Source: Nemertoderma westbladi
Taxonomy: Eukaryota; Animalia; Xenacoelomorpha
Assembly: GCA_032718475.1 (NCBI GenBank)
Contig: JAUCBJ010005083.1
Coordinates: 9,139 to 73,138, forward strand
Reading direction: 5' to 3'
Length of the DNA stretch: 64,000 nt
Shown here: piece by piece, positions 62,221-64,000 of the stretch
Position numbering within the stretch: position 1 is the first letter of the stretch
How the letters are laid out: each line of letters begins with the position of its first letter
Notes under the pieces: generated by a model
The model's database searches: none
Told to the model about the DNA's origin: nothing
What the model saw: only the letters and a program-made list of their open reading frames with translations
Position numbers and translations under genes: made by a program

Positions 62221-64000
62221 ACCTCTGTGTATGGCGGCAATCTCCTTTTAGACTAAGAACAGCATTCTGTTGTATGTTAGTTTAATTTACTTGTGCTTGG
62301 AATAATATATACGTGTAAATGTGTAAATGTAACGGCTATCACATTAATTATATTTTATATACATTCACATTATATAATTTTATAAATGACTTGATTATAA
62401 TTACTATTTGACATCATTACAGTAGCCTCATCCATGCTAAAGGGTCTAAATATATCAAAAGTTGAATGAGGGTAATTGATTGGTAATATATCTTTATTAT
62501 CCCTAAAGGATAGTTTAAAATGTTAAATTAAATCTTCTTTTCACTAATCTTTTTTTCAATCGAAATTGACAATTATTCAAAATTTAGTAATAGCACAACA
62601 TATTACATAATTGATTACTAAAGTATACTGTACAAAACATAGCCGATGAGAATATTATCATATATATATATAATATTATATAAGTAATAAACGACGCTAT
62701 TAGAATATTACAATTACACCACTCCTTATAATATTTATTAACTCCGATAAATTGAAACTAAAACTTCGGTAACCCAGCACCCTCCTCGAACGTCAGTCCA
62801 CTGTAGGTTATTCGTTTTTGTACATGCGGTTTACGTGATTGTATTTTTATAACTATCAGTAAACTTTATACAAGAATATGGCTATGTGCAATGTACAGCG
62901 TGACTGTGTACTTTTACTTTCACTTTCTGATTATAAGCCAAGGGACGCAGTACCGGTACTAAATGTATGTAGTTCGCAAAGTACCGGTTTGGTAAAAAGT
63001 TAAACTAAATGTATTGCGCTTGGGTAGTCCGGACCTCCCAAGCTCTCCATTCTCGCTTTCTCGGGAGCAGGGGCTTATGTTCTCGGGCTCGGGAGGGTCG
63101 AGACCCTCGAATGCACCCAAGCCCCCCCCCCCCCCCCCCCCCCCGTGAACCCTCGGGCGCCCAACCCCGAGTACCCTCTTTCGAAACCCTCTCCAAACCC
63201 TCGGGCGCCCGAGTTCCCGAGCGAAATGTACTACTACTACCAGTACTACTACTACTAACTATGTTCGGTCTGTTGCATTGACACTGAGATTGGCACATTG
63301 AGATGCTATATTATTCACGATTATTATTATACGATGTAAATATCGTTAAAATCATTCCAAATTACCACCAATTTTCTCGATTGTTATATTTGAGTTCTGT
63401 AATCGTGATCTAAAAAAACCTCTAGGCCTATATAACGTAAATAAATTTATTTTAGCGAGCCATAAAAACTTTTGACAATTTTAGCATGAAAAAATATTGG
63501 AGATAGTGCCAGAATGGGACCACAGCGCGAAAATGTGTCAGCGTGAAAATTCATATGTAATTGGTGTTTGTTTGCGCGGTTGGATAGCCAAATAAATTGT
63601 AGGAAAAGCCCCGAAATCTCGGTTTTCCCAACAAAACTGAAAGAATATGAATAATGAATAACAAAAAAATACTACAATGACCCCCGCCCGGGCCAAATAG
63701 GGTTAATAACGAACCTGCCTATTAATAGGCCAGGGTAGTTTTTGTCAAGAGTTGAGCCGTTCAAAAACACGATGGGGTTGTGTGTGTGTGTGTAAGTAGT
63801 ATAAAAACAAATAATAGGTTCTCACACGCTGATCAAAGGTCATTGTAGATAAACAAATAATAGGTTCTCACACGCTGATCAAAGGTCATTGTAGATAAAA
63901 AAAAAATGAGAATGTATGAGTAGGCTTTGGTTGGAAACTAAGATATTGCCAATCTAGAAAGAAAAAAAAAATGAGATTTGTTGAATCTAAATTGCATTCC

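Overview
Animal (invertebrate-type, AT-rich, intron-containing) genomic DNA. Bases 1-21.7 kb hold a nested pair of BEL/Pao (Belpaoviridae) LTR retrotransposons. A young 17.2-kb copy (931-18111; 1163-bp LTRs about 99% identical; 5-bp TSD TAATA) sits inside the post-pol region of an older copy of the same family. The family is atypical in several ways. It has no tRNA-type PBS. Instead, the 11 nt directly after the 5' LTR are the exact reverse complement of a conserved 11-mer inside the LTR, the geometry of Tf1-type self-priming. It also has a ~2700-codon gag-pol with a long coiled-coil N-terminal extension, duplicated covarying RNA hairpins after pol, a conserved antisense ORF, and a 3' accessory cassette that differs between the two copies (a triple zinc-knuckle protein in one, an unrelated ORF in the other). 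The rest of the window contains the last two exons of a beta-1,4-galactosyltransferase (GT7) gene, four exons of an AMN1-like leucine-rich-repeat gene with a protamine-like gene nested antisense in an intron, CRE, RTE and other LINE remnants, a tRNA-derived SINE, several MITE families, and about ten different tandem arrays, several visibly amplified from adjacent sequence. All alignments were done by eye and no database searches were run.
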